This document shows positions 31,332 through 32,000 of a stretch of 32,000 bases of DNA, piece by piece (position 1 is the first letter of the stretch; each line of letters begins with the position of its first letter). The notes beneath the pieces are model-generated. The model worked only from the letters and a program-made list of their open reading frames with translations. It had not been told where the DNA came from and did no database searches. The position numbers were made by a program, and so were the translations under genes. Source of the stretch: an uncultured Oscillospiraceae bacterium (GTDB lineage Bacteria > Bacillota > Clostridia > Oscillospirales > Oscillospiraceae); assembly GCA_934561515.1 (NCBI GenBank), contig CAKTGM010000018.1:1-32000 (forward strand), in the 5' to 3' direction.

Positions 31332-32000
31332 TCAGAAGCAGCAAGGTGTTTCCTTGTCGATGGTAATGTGGTGTCCGCTGTAGTTGCCGGGAATCTTGCT
31401 AACCTGATACTTGGCAGCAGCCAGAACTTTGGAGAAATTGATGCCGGTTTCGTATCCGGACTCATTCAGCATCCAGACGGTATCTTCGGTGGAAAGGTTA
31501 CCGGAAGCACCGGGGGCGAAGGGACAGCCTCCCAAACCTGCCAGAGCAGTCTGAACGTCAGTCACACCGCACTCAATGGCCGCCATGGCATTGACCATGC
31601 CCAAGCCGCGAGTATCATGCAGATGAACCTGAATATGCACATCCGGATATGCTTCCTGACTGGCCCGAATTACTTTCTTCACCTGCTCAGGATCGGCAAC
31701 ACCGATGGTATCGCAGTAATTGACTGTTTTCATACCAGCCTCCTTATACGGCCGCAGAAACTCCATGATGGCATCAGGATCCTGATACTTGCCGCCTTTG
31801 CCCTCAAAGGGGCAACCAAAGGTTGTGGCAAGATCCAGTACACACTCCATGTCGGGATAGGCCTCCACCATCTCACGGTACGCATTTAGGGATTCTTCGT
31901 GGGTGCGGTTGATGTTGGCTTTGTTATGGCTGGCACTGTAGGAGACTACATTGCAGACTTTTTTCACGCCAAGATTATGGGCGTTGGTAGCGCCGCGCAT
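31332..32000 (-). CDS. HMG-CoA lyase-like (DRE-TIM metallolyase) protein. Only the C-terminal part is present; the N-terminus is outside the window
   Basis: Conserved HMGL-family segments are present: VHLHDTRGLGMVNAMAAIECGV, LAGLGGCPFAPGASGN and TEDTVWML. GC is noticeably lower than in the core genes. Confidence 0.8.
   Translation of the reverse strand: MRGATNAHNLGVKKVCNVVSYSASHNKANINRTHEESLNAYREMVEAYPDMECVLDLATTFGCPFEGKGGKYQDPDAIMEFLRPYKEAGMKTVNYCDTIGVADPEQVKKVIRASQEAYPDVHIQVHLHDTRGLGMVNAMAAIECGVTDVQTALAGLGGCPFAPGASGNLSTEDTVWMLNESGYETGINFSKVLAAAKYQVSKIPGNYSGHHITIDKETPCCF

Larger units (their letters stand above)
29073..32000. mobile_element. Left end of an integrated element (genomic island, ICE or prophage) at the 3' side of tRNA-Arg. 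It continues beyond the window
   Basis: A tyrosine integrase lies directly next to the tRNA 3' end. GC drops by eye from 65-70% in the core genes to about 58-60% in int and about 47-53% beyond it. The cargo gene has different codon composition. Confidence 0.65.

Noticed and set aside
30323-31383. Three overlapping plus-strand ORFs (229, 293 and 156 aa) in the region next to the integrase
   Set aside because: All three frames being open at once points to stop-codon depletion from C-rich, G-poor composition. The products are basic, Cys/Ser/Pro-rich and acid-poor, have no RBS, and run straight through strong hairpins. The region is treated as non-coding.
31998-32000. Apparent ATG start of the HMGL-like ORF exactly at the window edge
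   Set aside because: The Met falls in the middle of the conserved DRE-TIM barrel, and family members have about 80-100 more N-terminal residues. It is an edge artefact, so the gene is reported as partial.
1-32000. Search for CRISPR arrays, rRNA genes, IS elements or transposases, and toxin-antitoxin pairs
   Set aside because: No regularly spaced direct repeats, no rRNA-like sequence, no transposase-like ORF or terminal inverted repeats, and no small paired ORFs were found by eye. Only the integrase marks mobile DNA.

Overview
This is a 32 kb window of a high-GC (about 60-70% by eye) Clostridia-type chromosome. An Oscillospirales-like source is only a guess. It is densely packed and mostly housekeeping.

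Left to right:
- A CbbQ/NorQ-type AAA+ ATPase with a NorD-like vWA partner (minus strand).
- A PAP2 phosphatase.
- A plus-strand redox module of three genes: a 50-aa CXXC membrane peptide missing from the ORF track, a NapH-like membrane polyferredoxin, and a TlpA-type thioredoxin lipoprotein.
- A SulP/STAS anion transporter.
- A marR-degV operon with a twin-palindrome operator.
- An SNF-family sodium symporter.
- The conserved rpmG-secE-nusG-rplK-rplA-rplJ-rplL cluster, including the L10 leader/attenuator.
- ruvX.
- A long minus-strand gene string: MTA/5'-deoxyadenosine-type deaminase, MtnA-like isomerase, class II aldolase, a large uncharacterised membrane protein, a CsaB pyruvyltransferase fused to a MurJ/MOP flippase, and a threonine-aldolase-family PLP enzyme.
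- asnA.
- A translationally coupled cysE-GNAT pair.
- A second MoxR-type AAA+/vWA pair of the CoxD/CoxE type.

The last 3 kb is different. A tRNA-Arg(ACG) is followed immediately by a tyrosine integrase. Next comes a roughly 1 kb lower-GC, strongly C>G-skewed stretch with no believable ORF but many hairpins and short repeats. The window ends in a lower-GC HMG-CoA-lyase-family gene that is cut by the window edge. This is the left end of an integrated element.

No CRISPR array, rRNA or transposase was seen. Most long plus-strand ORFs in the track are antisense shadows of real minus-strand genes.

The items most worth follow-up are:
- the ORF-free structured region next to the integrase;
- the CXXC/polyferredoxin/TlpA module;
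- the deaminase-first DHAP-shunt-like cluster;
- the CsaB-flippase fusion and its unknown membrane partner;
- the two client-less MoxR-vWA pairs.
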